A stretch of 64,000 nucleotides of DNA. Source: Octopus vulgaris (lineage: Eukaryota). Positions 38,986 to 53,044 of the stretch are shown here, piece by piece. The notes under the pieces were generated by a model. It searched no databases and was not told the DNA's origin. It saw only the letters and a program-made list of their open reading frames with translations. A program made the position numbers and the translations under genes. How positions within the stretch are numbered: position 1 is the stretch's first letter; each line of letters opens with the position of its first letter. Where the stretch lies: assembly GCA_951406725.2 (NCBI GenBank), contig OX597817.1, positions 103,912,001-103,976,000 of the forward strand. The letters are read 5' to 3'.

Positions 38986-39048
38986 CTCTGTGAAAGCAGT
39001 ATCTCTAGTGTGAAAAGCTAGAGACCAAAACCAAGCATGAGCAGAAAT
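38986..39048 (-). CDS. PGAP3: PGAP3 coding exon 3 (63 nt)
   Basis: ISAHAWFWSLAFHTRDTAFTE contains the CREST SxxxH motif (AWxWSxxFHxRD). Flanked by ttccag and GTATTT. Confidence 0.97.
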
Positions 39049-39105
39049 CTGGAAAATAAATAAAAATCAATAATGAAAATTTTAAAAAAGAAAAATTTAC
39101 ATAGG

Positions 39106-39452
39106 TGAAGCAGGTGAGGCTGTGTGGTAAGAAGTTTGCTTCTCAACCCAATGATTCCAGCTTCAGTCCCAGTGTCTCCTGCTCTAGCCTCAGGCCGACT
39201 AAAGCTTTGCGGGTGGATTTGACGGAAACTGAAAGAAGCCTCTCTCTGTGCGCGCGCGCATGCACATGTCTTTATGCCTGTGTTTGTTCCCCACCACCAC
39301 TTGTTGGTGTGTTTATGTGCCCATAACTTAGTAGTTCAGAAAGAGACTGATAGAATAAGTACCAGACTTAATAAGAAAGTAAGTACTGGGGTCAATTAGC
39401 TTGACCAAAATTCCTCTCAAGGAATGACCACAGTCTAATGACTGAAACAAGA
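39106..39452 (+). mobile_element. SINE family A copy (antisense to PGAP3)
   Basis: GGCTGTGTGGTAAGAAGTTTGCT head through ATGACTGAAACAAG tail; reverse complement of the 8140-8542 family. Confidence 0.85.
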
Positions 39453-40849
39453 GGAAAATAAAACTGAATGCTTGGGTAGTAAAAAAAATTTAATACCACT
39501 GAAATGCATTTTATCTGTTTAATAATATTAGAAAAAATAAAATATTACAAATATAATAAATCAAAGATTATGAATACAATAAATCTATGGTTCATAAAAA
39601 TATATTGAAATATATTTTGAATATTTTTACACACATACATATTTGTTTAACTATACTTCAAAAATTACTATTCAAACAGAAAACTACCAGCTCATATCAC
39701 TCCTCATCCCCTAAATAAAAATGGTTTCCTATTATCACATTGTTTACATACCCTATTTCACCAATGTAAAATCTAATATAATAAGAGTCTTCCTAATTCT
39801 AATAGACAAGTGCATCCTTCATGAATGCTAACATAGAAAACTTCTCCACAGACACAACCATAAAATTATTAAAGCATAACAAACATGAAAAATATAATGC
39901 ATACATTCACCAATAAAAGAGAAAATATATATTCACACAGAAACCCAAATATAAGGTGACAAGATAAATCCTTCAACACAGAAGCAATAATTTATAAAGC
40001 AGAGCTCAACCTAGAGGTAATACATAAACATTACCAATGTCCCCTTTAAGTAGACAGATAAGAATTACAATAAAAAAAATTGGCTAACCACATCATGTGA
40101 AAAATGAAAGAAAAAATTTCATAATACAGTGCCAAAGAAAGATCCAAATTCTACAAGATGGGAAGTAAATGGTGTGACCTGTGTACGGCAGAGAAGTAGA
40201 AAATGTATGAAAATGAGTAATATATATCATCAAATCATTTCAACATGGATCACAGTATGCATATTATATCTGAACATCATTTCAATGACCTGTGATATAT
40301 AGCTACAACGCACATATCATATTACACTGAAGCATTGACATATAGCTGAGCACTTAATATTCAAAAAGCAACATTAAAAGGTATGGATTTATACCACTTG
40401 GACTACTCTACCAAAACTAGTTGCTTTCAAATAAACTTTACATGAGAAAACTACCACAATAAACCCAAGGACTGAGTGAAGTGCATGCACTAGAAGATAG
40501 TCTTTTTTGACTGACTTAGGTGACATACTATCATACAGTTATGGGATTAAGATACAGAACTACTCTCTGACAACCAAGGCCTCTACGACACTTTAAAAGT
40601 GACTCCCAAGATCTTTAAGTGAAGATTAAATTCTATTAGTATAATAATGCTCTTCAAACCAAGCACAAATACAACATAAAACAAATTTAGCGCTTCAATA
40701 AAGTATTAATCTTTCCATTCAAAAGTAGAAACCTATAAGAAGGATAAGAAACTGTACATTTAGCTACTTAACAATAACATCACTCAAAACTACATAAAAG
40801 CAAACACGAATATATAGTTGTAATGAAACAAAACACAGGAAATAAAACA

Positions 40850-41900
40850 AAACAAAACTAAAGACTAGACAATAGCTTGGAGGTTTTAGCTAAACTTTAG
40901 GCATTTATAACCATAAAGACCCATCAAGAAAGCTTTGCAGCTAATCTGAAGTGCAGATTAATCAAGCAAGCTAAATTTCCATGATAGGACCAATTAATAA
41001 GGAGATACCAAAAAGCATAAAATAAAATTAAGAAAGGCCACAAGCCTATACAAATGGATTAATAGTAATGCATCATTTTGCTGGTTCGAGACTATCGACA
41101 AAAAGCACACATACAGATTTTTGTCAGTTCAACACTGCCAATTTTTACCTCCTCCATATCCCAAATCTTACTAAGGTTGTACAAAGTACTACTAATGAAT
41201 AAATATAAATGATATTGATATAATAATACATGCTAAGTAAAATTTTACTGCTTGAAAGAACAAGTTTCTTTGATGTAAGCATGGGGTTATACAGCTAGAT
41301 ATAGGCCATATTGTAGGATTATACATCTTAGATATACTTGCTAAGAAATTTATCATCATAGACATTGCCCATTACAGGGACCATGGATTAGTCCTACCAA
41401 GAAGCATTAATTGCTACATTTTAGACAAATGACAGCATTATTAACAATTTTAGCACTTTCAGACTTAAAACAACTACTACTAACTACTGTAAAACCTTAA
41501 AAGATAGTATATAAAAAAAGAGACAATTAAATGCTCAAATCAACCCCAACACCATGAATATAAAATCAAACTTTACACTTACTATAAAATCAAATATCAC
41601 AAGAAATTTCTTAACTCTATAGACAAATATTTCCCTCCAGAGCACTTAGAAAACTTTTAAATAGATACCACCTTAAACTTAGCTATAGGCACCACACATT
41701 AAACTCAAACAAAGAACTTCAGAATAACAAGTTCAAATAGAAAATCTTAGAAAGATCCAAACCCTATAAAACTAGGAAAGGTGTAACCAGTACACAATAG
41801 AGAAAAGGAAAATCTTCAAAAAACTTCATAACCAAGAGCTCTTTTTAAAACCATATAAAATCTATTTGGAATAGCAAACACTTTGAAAATTACTCACCTA
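40850..41900 (+). mobile_element. Decayed Penelope-like element (RT and linker region)
   Basis: Degenerate matches to Penelope-type motifs KDHxxxFxxNxKCRLI (~40915), FxQFDxxxFYPSI (~41120), FDVSMG (~41268) and NIxxxFLxLIDKYFP..KLLNR..LKLSY (41590-41690). Confidence 0.65.
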
Positions 41901-42027
41901 TAAAACTGTCAAAAGCTTGTTTATTTTTATGTTTTTTTATTTATTATTAGTGTTGCTTAATACGTTTTGCTAAAATTGCTGTTTCTTTTCAGACATCATC
42001 AGAAAAGGGTAATTAAAATTCATGAAA

Positions 42028-43015
42028 ATGACAGATTTATCAGACTTTCAAAGAGGTCAAATTGTTGGTTGCTCGTATGGCAAGTGCTAGCGTAACAAAA
42101 ACAGCCAAAATATTTGGTGTATCAAGAAATATTGTTTTGAAAGTAATGGCAGCCTTTGAGAAAGAGTGAAAAATCTCCTCACCGGAAGAAAACCAAAACT
42201 TTCAGATAGGGACCGTCTGACTCTTATGCGATTTGTTAGAAAGGATCACAAAAGTACAGCTCCCAAAATTACTGCAGAGCTTAATGACCACCTTGAGAGC
42301 CAAGTTTACACAAAAACAGTTGGCTGGGAGATGCACAAAGACAGATTTCACGGGAGGGCTGCAATCAGAAAACCACTACTTCCAAAAACAGACATTGCAA
42401 AGCATTTAGAGCGGAATAAAAACCTACAGATTTGGTTCCTAGAGCAGTGGAAGAATGTTATTCTCTCAGACGAGTCATCCTTTACCTTATTTCCAACCAC
42501 TGGCCGAATATACGTGTGGAGGCAGCCAAAAGAAGCATTTGACTCAGATTGCCTTCTTCCAACTGGAGGGGGATCTGTGATGATCTGGACAAGGGGCTAT
42601 ATCTTGGAAATCTGCCAGCCCAATGGTTTCCCTTCATAGCAAAATTAATAGTCAAGACCATTTAAGCATTTTATCTGATCAAATTCATCATATAGTTGCG
42701 GAACTGTTTCTAGGGGAAAATGCAATCTTTCAGGATGATAATGCACCAATTCACAAAGCTAAAGTGGTTACTGAATGGCACGGGAACATTCTAGTGAAGT
42801 TGAATATTTTATCTGGTCACCAGTCCCCAGATCTCAATATAATTGAGTATTTACGGTGCATCTTAGAAAAATAAGTAAGGAGTCGGTATCCTACACCATC
42901 ATCACTACAAGAAATGGAGACTGTTTTAGCTTTGGAAACAATTCTAACTTTGTACGAGTCCATATCTCGTAGAACTGAAGCTGTAATTACAGCCAAAGAC
43001 AGTCCTACCCCGTAT
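42028..43015 (+). mobile_element. Tc1-like transposase pseudogene
   Basis: MTDLSDFQRGQIVG..., GRKPKLSDRDR, GRAAIRKPLL, WKNVILSDESSF, GGSVMIW, FQDDNAPIHKAK and SPDLNIIEYL; frameshifted. Ends about 100 bp from the PGAP3 exon 2 donor. Confidence 0.92.
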
Positions 43016-43116
43016 ATTGTAGGGTAGGTGTGAGAGGTTGGATCAGGCCAATTTGAACATAAAACAAGTAGAATATTTGGAATGGACATGACCAGTTAAA
43101 AGAATTCTGAACTTAC

Positions 43117-43266
43117 CACAGCCATTGAATGCCACACATAGTACATTGGAGCAACAGATGGCACCCTGGCTCGGAATTTGAAAATCATCATATGTGTTAA
43201 AGCATTGAAGAGGGAAAATATCGCAGAAGCAGGTTCTTGAATACCAAAAAATCTAACAAATGGCCA
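43117..43266 (-). CDS. PGAP3: PGAP3 coding exon 2 (150 nt)
   Basis: WPFVRFFGIQEPASAIFSLFNALTHMMIFKFRARVPSVAPMYYVWHSMAV completes the Per1 signature QFxGKWPFxRxxGxQEPASxxFS. Flanked by taacag and GTAAGT. Confidence 0.97.
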
Positions 43267-43454
43267 CTGTTAAAAAAGAAAAATATGAGAGAAAATATAA
43301 CAAAATCCACTGACAAACTTTGAAGCCATAGGAATACAGAAACATTGTATTACTACTAAGCACACAGTCTCTTCATTTTAGAGCATACAAAATATACAAT
43401 ATTCAAATCATGCATTTATATTATACATTACACTATGCATCATATGAATTGACA

Positions 43455-43650
43455 CTTTCATTACCATATTTCTGTCAAAATACAATGTTTCAATTAATTT
43501 TGAAAATAATTAAGAATTCAGTAAAATAACTGTCATTAGTAATGTGGTGTTTAGAACATAAATTAACAAAGAGGTTTTTATTTATATTAGTTTAAAGCAA
43601 GAAGCTTATAACATAAAAACAAGGGCAGTCTTGGGTAGGTTGGTATAATC
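43455..43650. mobile_element. MITE-like repeat copy (related to 51592-51812 and, inverted, ~35230-35400)
   Basis: Shared TTACCATATTTCTG...TTGAAAATAAT...TTCAGT..AATAA...GAACATAAATTAAC. The 51.6-kb copy ends AAAGGGTTAA, a piggyBac-like end. Confidence 0.65.
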
Positions 43651-43797
43651 CCCTTTTATACCAAAGCCATTTGCATTGCAAATGAAGGAGCCTCTACATG
43701 GCCTTTCAACCTGCTTGTAATAGCAATTTCTATCCATTAAAAAGAGAGAATACATTAGATATTGACAAACAAAAAAAGATGGTATGGTTACTGCATC

Positions 43798-43843
<46 letters not shown>

Positions 43844-46800
43844 TGGTGAATGATGGTTGTTGTCATTGGGTGTACTGCCACAAAATGTTCATAAAATGAC
43901 ATAAAATGTTCGATAACCCCATCGTACAATTTTGTTACTAATCAGTATATAATCATTGAAAATTAAATGAAAAGTGCTTATTTCTGCAACTGTAAAAGCA
44001 TTTAAGATCAACATTAATTAAATTTTAAATATAATGCCTAAGCACACATCTAAGAAAATCTCAAAATTCACTGAGCAAAATACACATGCACAACCTTTCA
44101 CATCAAACCATTTTCAGTGACAAAACAACAAAACAGCTAATACTGCCCATACTTGTGATGTTTGGTGCGAGAATTCGACCTGAATTAAGCTTTGTTTCTG
44201 ACTTCTAAAAGTGCATCATTAGTTTTGAAAACAAATTAAAATCAAAGTTATAAAATGATATTGTAAGAAAAAAAAATTATTGTAAAAAAATAATTAGTTT
44301 CAATTTAGGAATTTTAAATTAATCTAAACACAACTTTTCACCACAAAAACGAACATGTGGCCATGCCATCAAAGGTGTCACACACCCTTTGTCATTAATT
44401 TTTTGCCATTCTCCTTTCCCTCCTCTCTCTCTCTCTCTCTCTGTGCGCGCATGCACACACATGCATGCTCATGTGCATGTATGTGTGTGTACACACACAC
44501 TCTGTTTACTGTTGTTAAGCTTGCTTCTGCTTCAGTTGAATTTATTTTACAGTTGAATATACCAGATGGACACTTTGAGATCAGGATTCCATCATAACTG
44601 TAGAAGCTTGCAGTAGATGTTGCAATTCAGGTGTTGTAGTTTTTAGGGTGGTCAACCAGCTCACAGACTAAGTATCTCATAAGAATGTCAAATTCTTCAT
44701 TTAGAGAGAAATGATTTTTTTGCTTATACATTCAAATGTTTAGTTTAGTTTTATAATTGAGAACTGAAGTAAACAAGATAACCTTGCTGTGGAAATATTC
44801 AGTCTTAGAAGTAATGAAATCAATAATGTTGAATTAAATATGTATTCATAAATAATATAGAGGTCATTAAGTGTACCTATCAAGACAAGCTTTGGACATT
44901 ATTCAGGCAGTGGTAAAACATAAGCCCTACTATGGCCACATGGCTGGCTTATATTATTGCCTAGAAGTCAAAATGTTGACAGTGCATCCTTACCATCTTC
45001 TTGAAATTACTTTCTGCTAACTTACAGAAGTCTGGAGAGCTCAAAAATATGCAGGTCTTTTCCTATACAGATGTGAGCAATGAAGGGTTCCGAGGATAAA
45101 CTTACAAGGTATGAAATTGACAGATTTGTCAGAATTTGCAGAGATATGCAGAGTATCTTTGCTAAATAACAAATGTGAAAAACTATACTTTCCTTTTATA
45201 GATCCATCAGTTGATAAAAATATAGAACCTTTAACCATGGTACAGATTTTAGCATAATAACACATCTTGTCTAGTCTTTAATTGTAAAGCCTCGCATACA
45301 GTAAATTAACAGAATAAAATAAACTGAGATGATTTAATATCTTTATCCATCATTACCTAAACAACATTTTTAATTAAATATAAAATAGAATAAATTGTTA
45401 TCATAGCAGCAACAACGTACAACTGTAGTTTCATGCTAAAATGCTTTGGAAAAAATTGCACAACAACCTATTTCTAATGGGTTAACTTTCTCACATTTGA
45501 TCCATCTCATCTTCAGCCCACTTTAATCTATCATTCATTCCTGTACAATCTCATGCTTTTTTGCAGACAATGCACTATCAAATACTTCCATAATCACTGT
45601 TGTTTCTACCACAAGTAATCATCAATACCTTTGATACTACTGTTTCTAACTCTGTTCACATCAAGAACGCATAATAGGAAATTACACATACACGCATACT
45701 GAATCACTTTCTGCTCACTTCTTTTCCTTTGAGTTCACACTGTGCAATCAGCAATTTAATTAATATAAAGAATAGAATATAACAGCTAAAAAAAAACCTT
45801 AACCATCATTTGCAAGCACAAGTATGACTTGGTAATTTGTACATGCTTTCAATAATTGTTTTAGGTGCCTATACAATTGCAAGCAGACAGACACCTTCTT
45901 AGTGTCTAAAACACCTAACACAGACATTATAATACTTGCTAATTACTGCCCCGCTCTCTCTCGCTCTCTTTCTATTAATGTATTCTCTTCTTTTAAGATC
46001 TTTTTCTACCTCAATGCTAATAATTTTCTATTACCTCTATTTACTAATTTATAAAACTTTTTCAACTCTGCACTGCAGTTTTTAAACCAACTTAAACCAT
46101 ATGACTGCAAAAATCTACAAGAACCTTGTCTGGTTTAGTTTATACTAAAGCATTATGAATTTTTTTTTCTAAATAAGATGACTAATTCCTTTCTTAATTT
46201 ACAGATAGATGGTCAAAATTTTTATGCTTATCGTCTAAAAGAAATTAACAAGTTGATTAATAGTACCAGCTCATAGATCATGAATTCAAATCCTCTGCAG
46301 ATATTTTGTTATGTCTTGGAGACAGAACATTTTTAATCTATTTTTTTTAATCTTTCTCCAACTAACAAGTAGAGTATTGAAATATTTTGTTCACCTAGCA
46401 GTTGGGAACAGGTACCAGTAAATTTTCTAAGTTTATCTACAAAAAAGACTGACATCTTAAAAGCAAAATTAAGTATTATACACTGTTAATGTTCATAATG
46501 GAGAAGCCTAAACTAGATTTCTGTGTTGGAAAAAAGGTCAGTTATGAACACATTCTTCCAGCATAAAGATATCCATATGTCTACCTGGTATAGGGCTACT
46601 TTAGGACAAAGTTCACTGATAGATTTTGTAATTGTATCTGAGCTGGACATTTGTGTAAAGAGAGGGGGTGGAGCTATTAACTGATCACCACAGTGTCGCT
46701 TGGGAAACCAAGAGGAAAATTTCATGACTATTACTTCTAATAGGACCCTATAGAGGAGGTATCTGTGGGCCCAATAGTATGAAGTGATAATGAATTAATA

Positions 46801-47197
46801 TTGTTTTAACAATCAAAATATATCTATTGCACTTACGATTACAAGATCGTGGTTTCACTTCCTAGACTGGGTGATGCATTGTGTTCTTGAGCAAAACACA
46901 TCATCTCGCATTGCTCTGCAATCACTTTGACACCTGCCATGTGGTACATCATGCACCTGTTCAGGCAATGTTGTGTTGATGGAGGGAGTGAGCTAATGTA
47001 CAGCACATACATTTGATCATTATAAACAAATCATTTGTGCAGGTCATTCAACAGGAGAATTCATCAATATCTACAAATGTTTACCAATATTTTGTATGTA
47101 TTTTAAAAAAAAGTATGGAAGGAAGAAATACTGAATACAAAAACATTCATGAAAGAATTTATGATTAATTAAAAAAAAAAACATTTTATCTACTTAC

Positions 47198-47485
47198 CTT
47201 TCCATAGAACTGTGGTATTTGTTGGCTGTCTTTTTGATAAGCATCAACAGTATACCACATACAAGTATACTTGCATTCATCTTCACAATGCCAACCTGTT
47301 ATTTTCAAACTAAGTGGTTGGCGACTGGCAAAGACTTTCATATTAGTGCAGTTTTTATGAAGACAACCACTAAGGCACCGCTGGAATATCCAGGAAGAAT
47401 CTCCCTTAGAACAAGTTACCAATGTAACTTTTTCATGGAGAAAGAGAAAAGTGACCAGAAATATGCATGAAAAATTGCACTTCAT
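47198..47485 (-). CDS. PGAP3: PGAP3 coding exon 1 (288 nt; exon starts at 47492)
   Basis: MKCNFSCIFLVTFLFLHEKVTLVTC (signal peptide-like), then SKGDSSWIFQRCLSGCLHKNC...GWHCEDECKYTCMW...IPQFYGK, the Per1 Cys-rich luminal domain. Donor AAG|GTAAGT; acceptor tttttcattgcag 7 nt before the ATG. Confidence 0.96.
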
Positions 47486-49479
47486 GATCAAGCTGCAATG
47501 AAAAAGTGAACTGCATTAACAAATGTACAAGATTAAAATACATGTGTAAATACAATTTTGTTTTGTCGTAACAGCTGTTACCACAAGTTTACCCATTATT
47601 ATCTTTGCTAATATGTTTATTTATGGAATTTGACATATTCTCAGCATGTATGACTGGCCTGTTGTGATATTTATGAGGCAAAAAAATAATAAAAATTTAT
47701 TATTTGAACATAATTAACAGAGACCTAAACATTAACTTGTTAACCTTAGAATTATTCATACATTCACATACAAAAAAAATTCATATATCTAGAACATACC
47801 TAGACACACTCTAGAACACCCTACTACAACATCATCCTAAAACAGTATCCCTCTTATCTAATTGCAGTAATTGCCACTTCAATAACTTCATTAATCCCAG
47901 ACACTATTCCTCAGAGCTTAAAATATTTTTCCAAGTTTTTACTGCTCTCTTCCCCTTTACATTATAATTAGGTGGTTTCAGGTTGAATACCACTGCTGTG
48001 GAAACTTGGGCAAGTATCTGTCATCCTAACCTCAAGCAAGCTTTGCAAGTGAAATTTGGTAGACAGAAATTATATGGTAACTGGTTAGAGATGCAGTTCT
48101 TGATCTTAAGTGGTAGACTAAATCTGCTTTTCACTTTAACACCACCACCCAACCCTTATGTGCCTTTACCACTGTACAACACTCTATTGCAAGCATTCAG
48201 GTCAGGTCTCCACTCTTAAAATACTATTCTTCCTTCCTTCCACCAATCTCAGAGGCTTCAAAAAGTATAATGGATAGTGGCCATTTTTCTCTGGTCATAC
48301 AATAAAATTACTAAAAAAAAAGGACAAAAATTGCTTTAGGCTTCTGGTCAGGAGTTCCCTTGCTTCTAGCCATACCCAATATGAACTCCCTACTTGTTCA
48401 TGCCATCAATGCCATATTTGTCCCTCCATGTCCCTCCAAAACCACAATTCCACTAGTTACTAAGTCTATACTCAACATGACTGACCATATCAACTGTGTC
48501 TTCAACAATTTAGACAGGGAGTGATGTACTGAATGACATATGCAAAATATTTCAATACTCTACTTGTTAGTTGGAGAAAGATTTAAAAAAAAAACACTGG
48601 CAATTGTTCACAACTCTCAAAAAGGGGAGATAATTTCAAGAGAGAAAGATAACGGCTACAAACAGGTTTCAGTCAGTTTAGACTTGATTAATAAAATATA
48701 GTTTTCTATGTAGGTCTTGGTATTTGAGCAAGATTGTAAAAGAAAAGATGCTGTTATTACATACCCTGCTTTTCAATATGAGTACAGACTTAAAGGCTCT
48801 ATGGTAATTTTTTTACACTACCACCATAATCAACATCTCACCAATAGCAACAAACCATTGGTTGCTTACACTTACTAGAAACAATAACCAAATCTCCTTC
48901 AACATACAACCTGCTGTTTTATTGAAAGGCTTGCAAAGTCCTGGATATACAAAAGACGGGATAGACACATCGGGAACATCTTTGATCATAGGTCTGCTTG
49001 AACAGGGTCAACCAAGGGTTAACAAGAACAACTGTACAGTATGCAAACTTTATAACACTGCACATAGATAAGATAAAGTATAATCTGGATGCTGTTTACA
49101 TCAGTATCTTTGATCTCTGTAAAGATGGCCAGGATGTCCTTAACCCCTTAACATTCAGATTACTCTCCCAAATTTAATGCTTATTTATTGATATTTTCAA
49201 AGTATAATTTATAGAGAATTCATTTAGAAACTAAGAACAACTACCATACCATAAAAATACAACAAAGTTGATAACATTGCAGTGCAATGAGAAAAAAAGA
49301 GAACAGAAATAAATAACACTACTGTTTTTCTATCTGCAACATCTGACAGGTTTACTAGTGTTGGGAGGTACAAAATAATTGTTACAATTTGCAATATTTC
49401 AATGAAGAGGAATGTATTTTACAAAATAAAAACAAAAAAAAAAGAGAAAGAAAGAAACAGCAATGCAACACCAAGTGCT

Positions 49480-49740
49480 TCAATTGGTCACACAGCACAA
49501 GGTTCGATGCAACCTGCTCCTGCTAAAGCAAGCTAATATGCTTGTGGCATTACCACGGGCAAGGCTAAAGCATTGGAAAAGCCAAGCACCTTCACAGGCA
49601 TCACCTAACACCCCTGTAAGGTAAACTGTCAACAATGACATGAACTTCACCTTTAATGGTTCAGCCCCTCCAAATATGCCACAGGCTAGAAAAGATAGTT
49701 CACTGATACGTCCTAATACTTCGGGGTTTTGTTCCATTCA
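49480..49740 (-). mobile_element. 3' fragment of a CRE/RLE-type non-LTR retrotransposon
   Basis: ...KFMSLLTVYLTGVLGDACEGAWLFQCFSLARGNATSIL resembles the GDxRExxW/FLxQRxSxAxxRGNAxxI C-terminus of CRE-like elements. Confidence 0.6.
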
Positions 49741-51591
49741 GCTATGGAAGCAGTGATCCTCCCAACTTAGCATTACGTCCTAGCTTTGAGAATTCGATAA
49801 GGTAACTATTACATTTTTAGAATGTCATTGTAGGGTTGATGCGAGACCAGATTTGATTAGATATGGCCAGTTTAAATGCTAAGGGCTTAAACTTGTCACT
49901 GTAACTCACTCAGCCACTCCAGTGACTGTCTCTCAGTTTGTGATGTTCTCAAACACCATAGCTCAACTGATACTAGCAAAAGTATTTTATCTTCAACCTG
50001 TAGTTGTATCTGGTCTCTCAAACCCTCTACTTTTTCACCTTTTCACTTGAACAGTAACTACCTTTTATAATGATTAAGACTTTCATTCTTTCTTCCTTTC
50101 CTCTTATATCCATAGCTCCCACTCCTTTCATTCATCTTAAACTCTACTCAGATTACCCCTTTTGCATTTCCCCCTCACTCTTGGTGTGAGTTGTTCTTTG
50201 TGATCTGCTCTCTTTACTTAACATTCTCCCTCTCTTTCTCACTTTAACACTACTTTCTTCTGCAGAACTTGGACCATTGGCTCTTTTGACTGTCAATCAC
50301 CAATTTTGTCTTCCTTCCATCAGTTTGGACTTCTGTGTAGGGCACATCACTTTGTACCCCAGGTTTCTGTCAGGGATATAAAATGAGTAAATGACAACCA
50401 CTTCTTCTGCTTCCCCACTTCACATGCTCCTCAATCCTTCATTTAAATTTCATCACCATTTACTAGCTTACAACCACTTTTGTCTCTATTTGATGAAGGA
50501 TAAGAGCCTGAAGCTGTCCTTCCTCCCGACAGCAATTGAACTTTTAGAAATCTGTTATGAATTCTTACCAAAGCAGACCATCTTCAGTTTACTCAATAGC
50601 AGATGTGTGAGCAAAATTGCAAATAAGCCAACAAGGAAACATCAGTGCAATCTTTCCATATGTTAGAAATAGCAGGCAAACCTCCCTCAAATCACACAAT
50701 ATAGTCTTTAAAAAAATGAAGGCCATATTGAATATATCAAAATATGGCCAAAACATGGCCTTTGATCATAGGATAGCTCACTCTTGAGTTAAACAGGAGC
50801 TAAACAATACCTAAATTACTAATGTATCTTTTCAAACAATCTTTATTATATTTTGATACAAATGATCAGGCCATACTATTTTGTTTTCTAAAATGAAGTT
50901 GTATATGTCAACATATTTACTTTTTAGTACCTGTTGTTTGAAAATATTTATTTATTCTTTCATTTCTCACCATACATTTCCTAACATTTTTTATTGATTT
51001 TATCCCTCCCTCTGCCTGTTGAATTAATTTTATGAATAATTATAATAATCCCCAGTGGATAATAACAGACAAACAATATAGGTAAGTTCATCTTTATCTC
51101 TCTAACATTTTATTCTGCTTGAACACGTACTTTTTTTCCACCTACTCCACTTCAATTTTATTCAAGTGCATCTCACTTTCAAAACAACCAAAACCAATTA
51201 TTATTATTATAACAACATGCTAGTTGAACCATTATTTAAGAATATCCCCTCCTATTTAAGAATATCCATCTTAAATCTTCTCTCTCCAAAGATAATCTTG
51301 GTCATGACATTGCTAGTTATTCTTTCAAGTTTTTTCACTCTGCTTAAACCAAACCTGATGATGTATAAGTCAAATAATTCATCAGTCCAAACATTTTCAG
51401 TCCCTAACTTCCCAAAAACTCAAATGTTTTTCCAAATCAAAAAATTAACTCAGATGTCAGACTCACCATCTAACCATTGTTTCTCTACTATATGTCACTT
51501 TACATCAAAATATTATACAACAATCTCTAATGTGACATAAACTGTAAACAATCTACTTCATGAAATACCTTGTGTGTCTTTCTATCAACTC

Positions 51592-51812
51592 TTTAGTTAC
51601 CATATTTCTGTTAAGATACACTGCTTTTGTTTAAAATCAGTTTGAAAATAATAAAAAATTCAGTGAAATAAGTCATTATTAAGCTGATGTTTGGAACATA
51701 AATTAACAAAAAATTTTCATGGAAGGTTTTAATTGAGATCACATTTAAATTAAGAAGTATATATCATAGAAGCAGAGATGTTTTCAGGTAGATTGGTATT
51801 AAAAGGGTTAAG
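51592..51812. mobile_element. MITE-like repeat with GGGTTAA end
   Basis: Homologous to 43455-43650. Confidence 0.65.
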
Positions 51813-52317
51813 TAACTAGGAGTTTGGTTTCCATTAAGACATATTTACCGCAACCTTTCTCATTATGTGTATAATTTATTGCAATAATGAGTTGAAGAAC
51901 CAAACTTGAATGTAAAAATAACCACATAACTTGACGACAATTACATCATCAAAGTATCAACAACAAAGGAATAATTTTCATGAAAACAAGAAATAAATGC
52001 AATTAAGAAAAGACACAAGAAAAATAAAAAAAGAAAATAAACTAATTAAACTTTAAAACATAACAGAAGAATAGCAGATGTGATTTTTAGTTAATGCATA
52101 GTGTTAATCCAATGCACTTATGGTATATCACAAAACTCAGAAGCCACTACAAATTATGTATCTAAACCTGAGCTGGATACAAATTCTTCAAATGCAGAAG
52201 ACGCAACAGATGCTTAAGAGTTAGAGATAATCTAACTGAAATAAGGCACAGAAACATACAGCAATAAAAATGACAAGAATCCAATATTTTATTTCTGTAC
52301 TTATATATAGTGATAAT

Positions 52318-52760
52318 AATCCTTTCTACTATTGGCAAAAGGCTTGAAATTTTAGGGGAAGAAGCTAGTCAATTTCATTGACCACCAGTATTTGAATGGT
52401 ACTTATTTTATCAACCCCTGACAGGATGAAAAGCAAAGTAAGCCACAGTGGTATTTGAACTCAGAATATAAAGCCAGAAATGCCACTGAACATTTTGTCC
52501 AAGATGCTAATGGTTCAACTAGCATGTTGTTATAATAATAATAATAATAATAATAACAATAATAATATTGGTTTCAAATTTTGGCACAAGGCCAGCAATT
52601 TCAATGGCGGGGTTAAATTGATTGCATCAATCCCAGTACTTGACTGGTACTTATTTTATTGACCCTGAAAGGATAAAAGGCAAAGCTGACCTTGGTGGAA
52701 TTCAAATGTCGCTATGCATTTTTCCTGCCATGGCAAGAATTCTGCCAGCTCATCACCTTC
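52318..52760 (-). mobile_element. Two tandem SINE family B copies separated by (AAT)n
   Basis: 52318-52525 and 52568-52760 each carry the GGTACTTATTTTAT..ACCC..AAGGAT.AAAG.CAAAG core. Confidence 0.85.
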
Positions 52761-53044
52761 AATAATAATATTAATCACTAGCTGGACCTGTGAAAACTTC
52801 ACAGAAAACCTAAAAAATGTAAGCACCTGCACATTGTGTGCTGGTGACAAGAGAAATGTTTCTACATTGTGACACTTACAGAATATAGAAAGAAGTGTAA
52901 AACCGATAACTATATAATCCAACCAAAATATCTCAGTTATGCAAATGTAAACAGAATTACTATTTAGCCTTAAAGTACATCATACATATTGAAAGAACCT
53001 TCTTAGTTTAGTAGTACAAAACATTCTTCTGATATTCTTTTATT

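Noticed and set aside
41970-42008. Minus-strand CTGATGATGTCTGAAAAGAAAC
   Set aside because: No stem II or stem III pairing and no NUH site in register; it lies in the Tc1 leader.
43841-44960. Possible hAT remnant (CAGTGG start after the TA run); also AGGGGTTGGCAAACT at ~20445
   Set aside because: No matching second TIR or clear transposase motif could be confirmed by eye.
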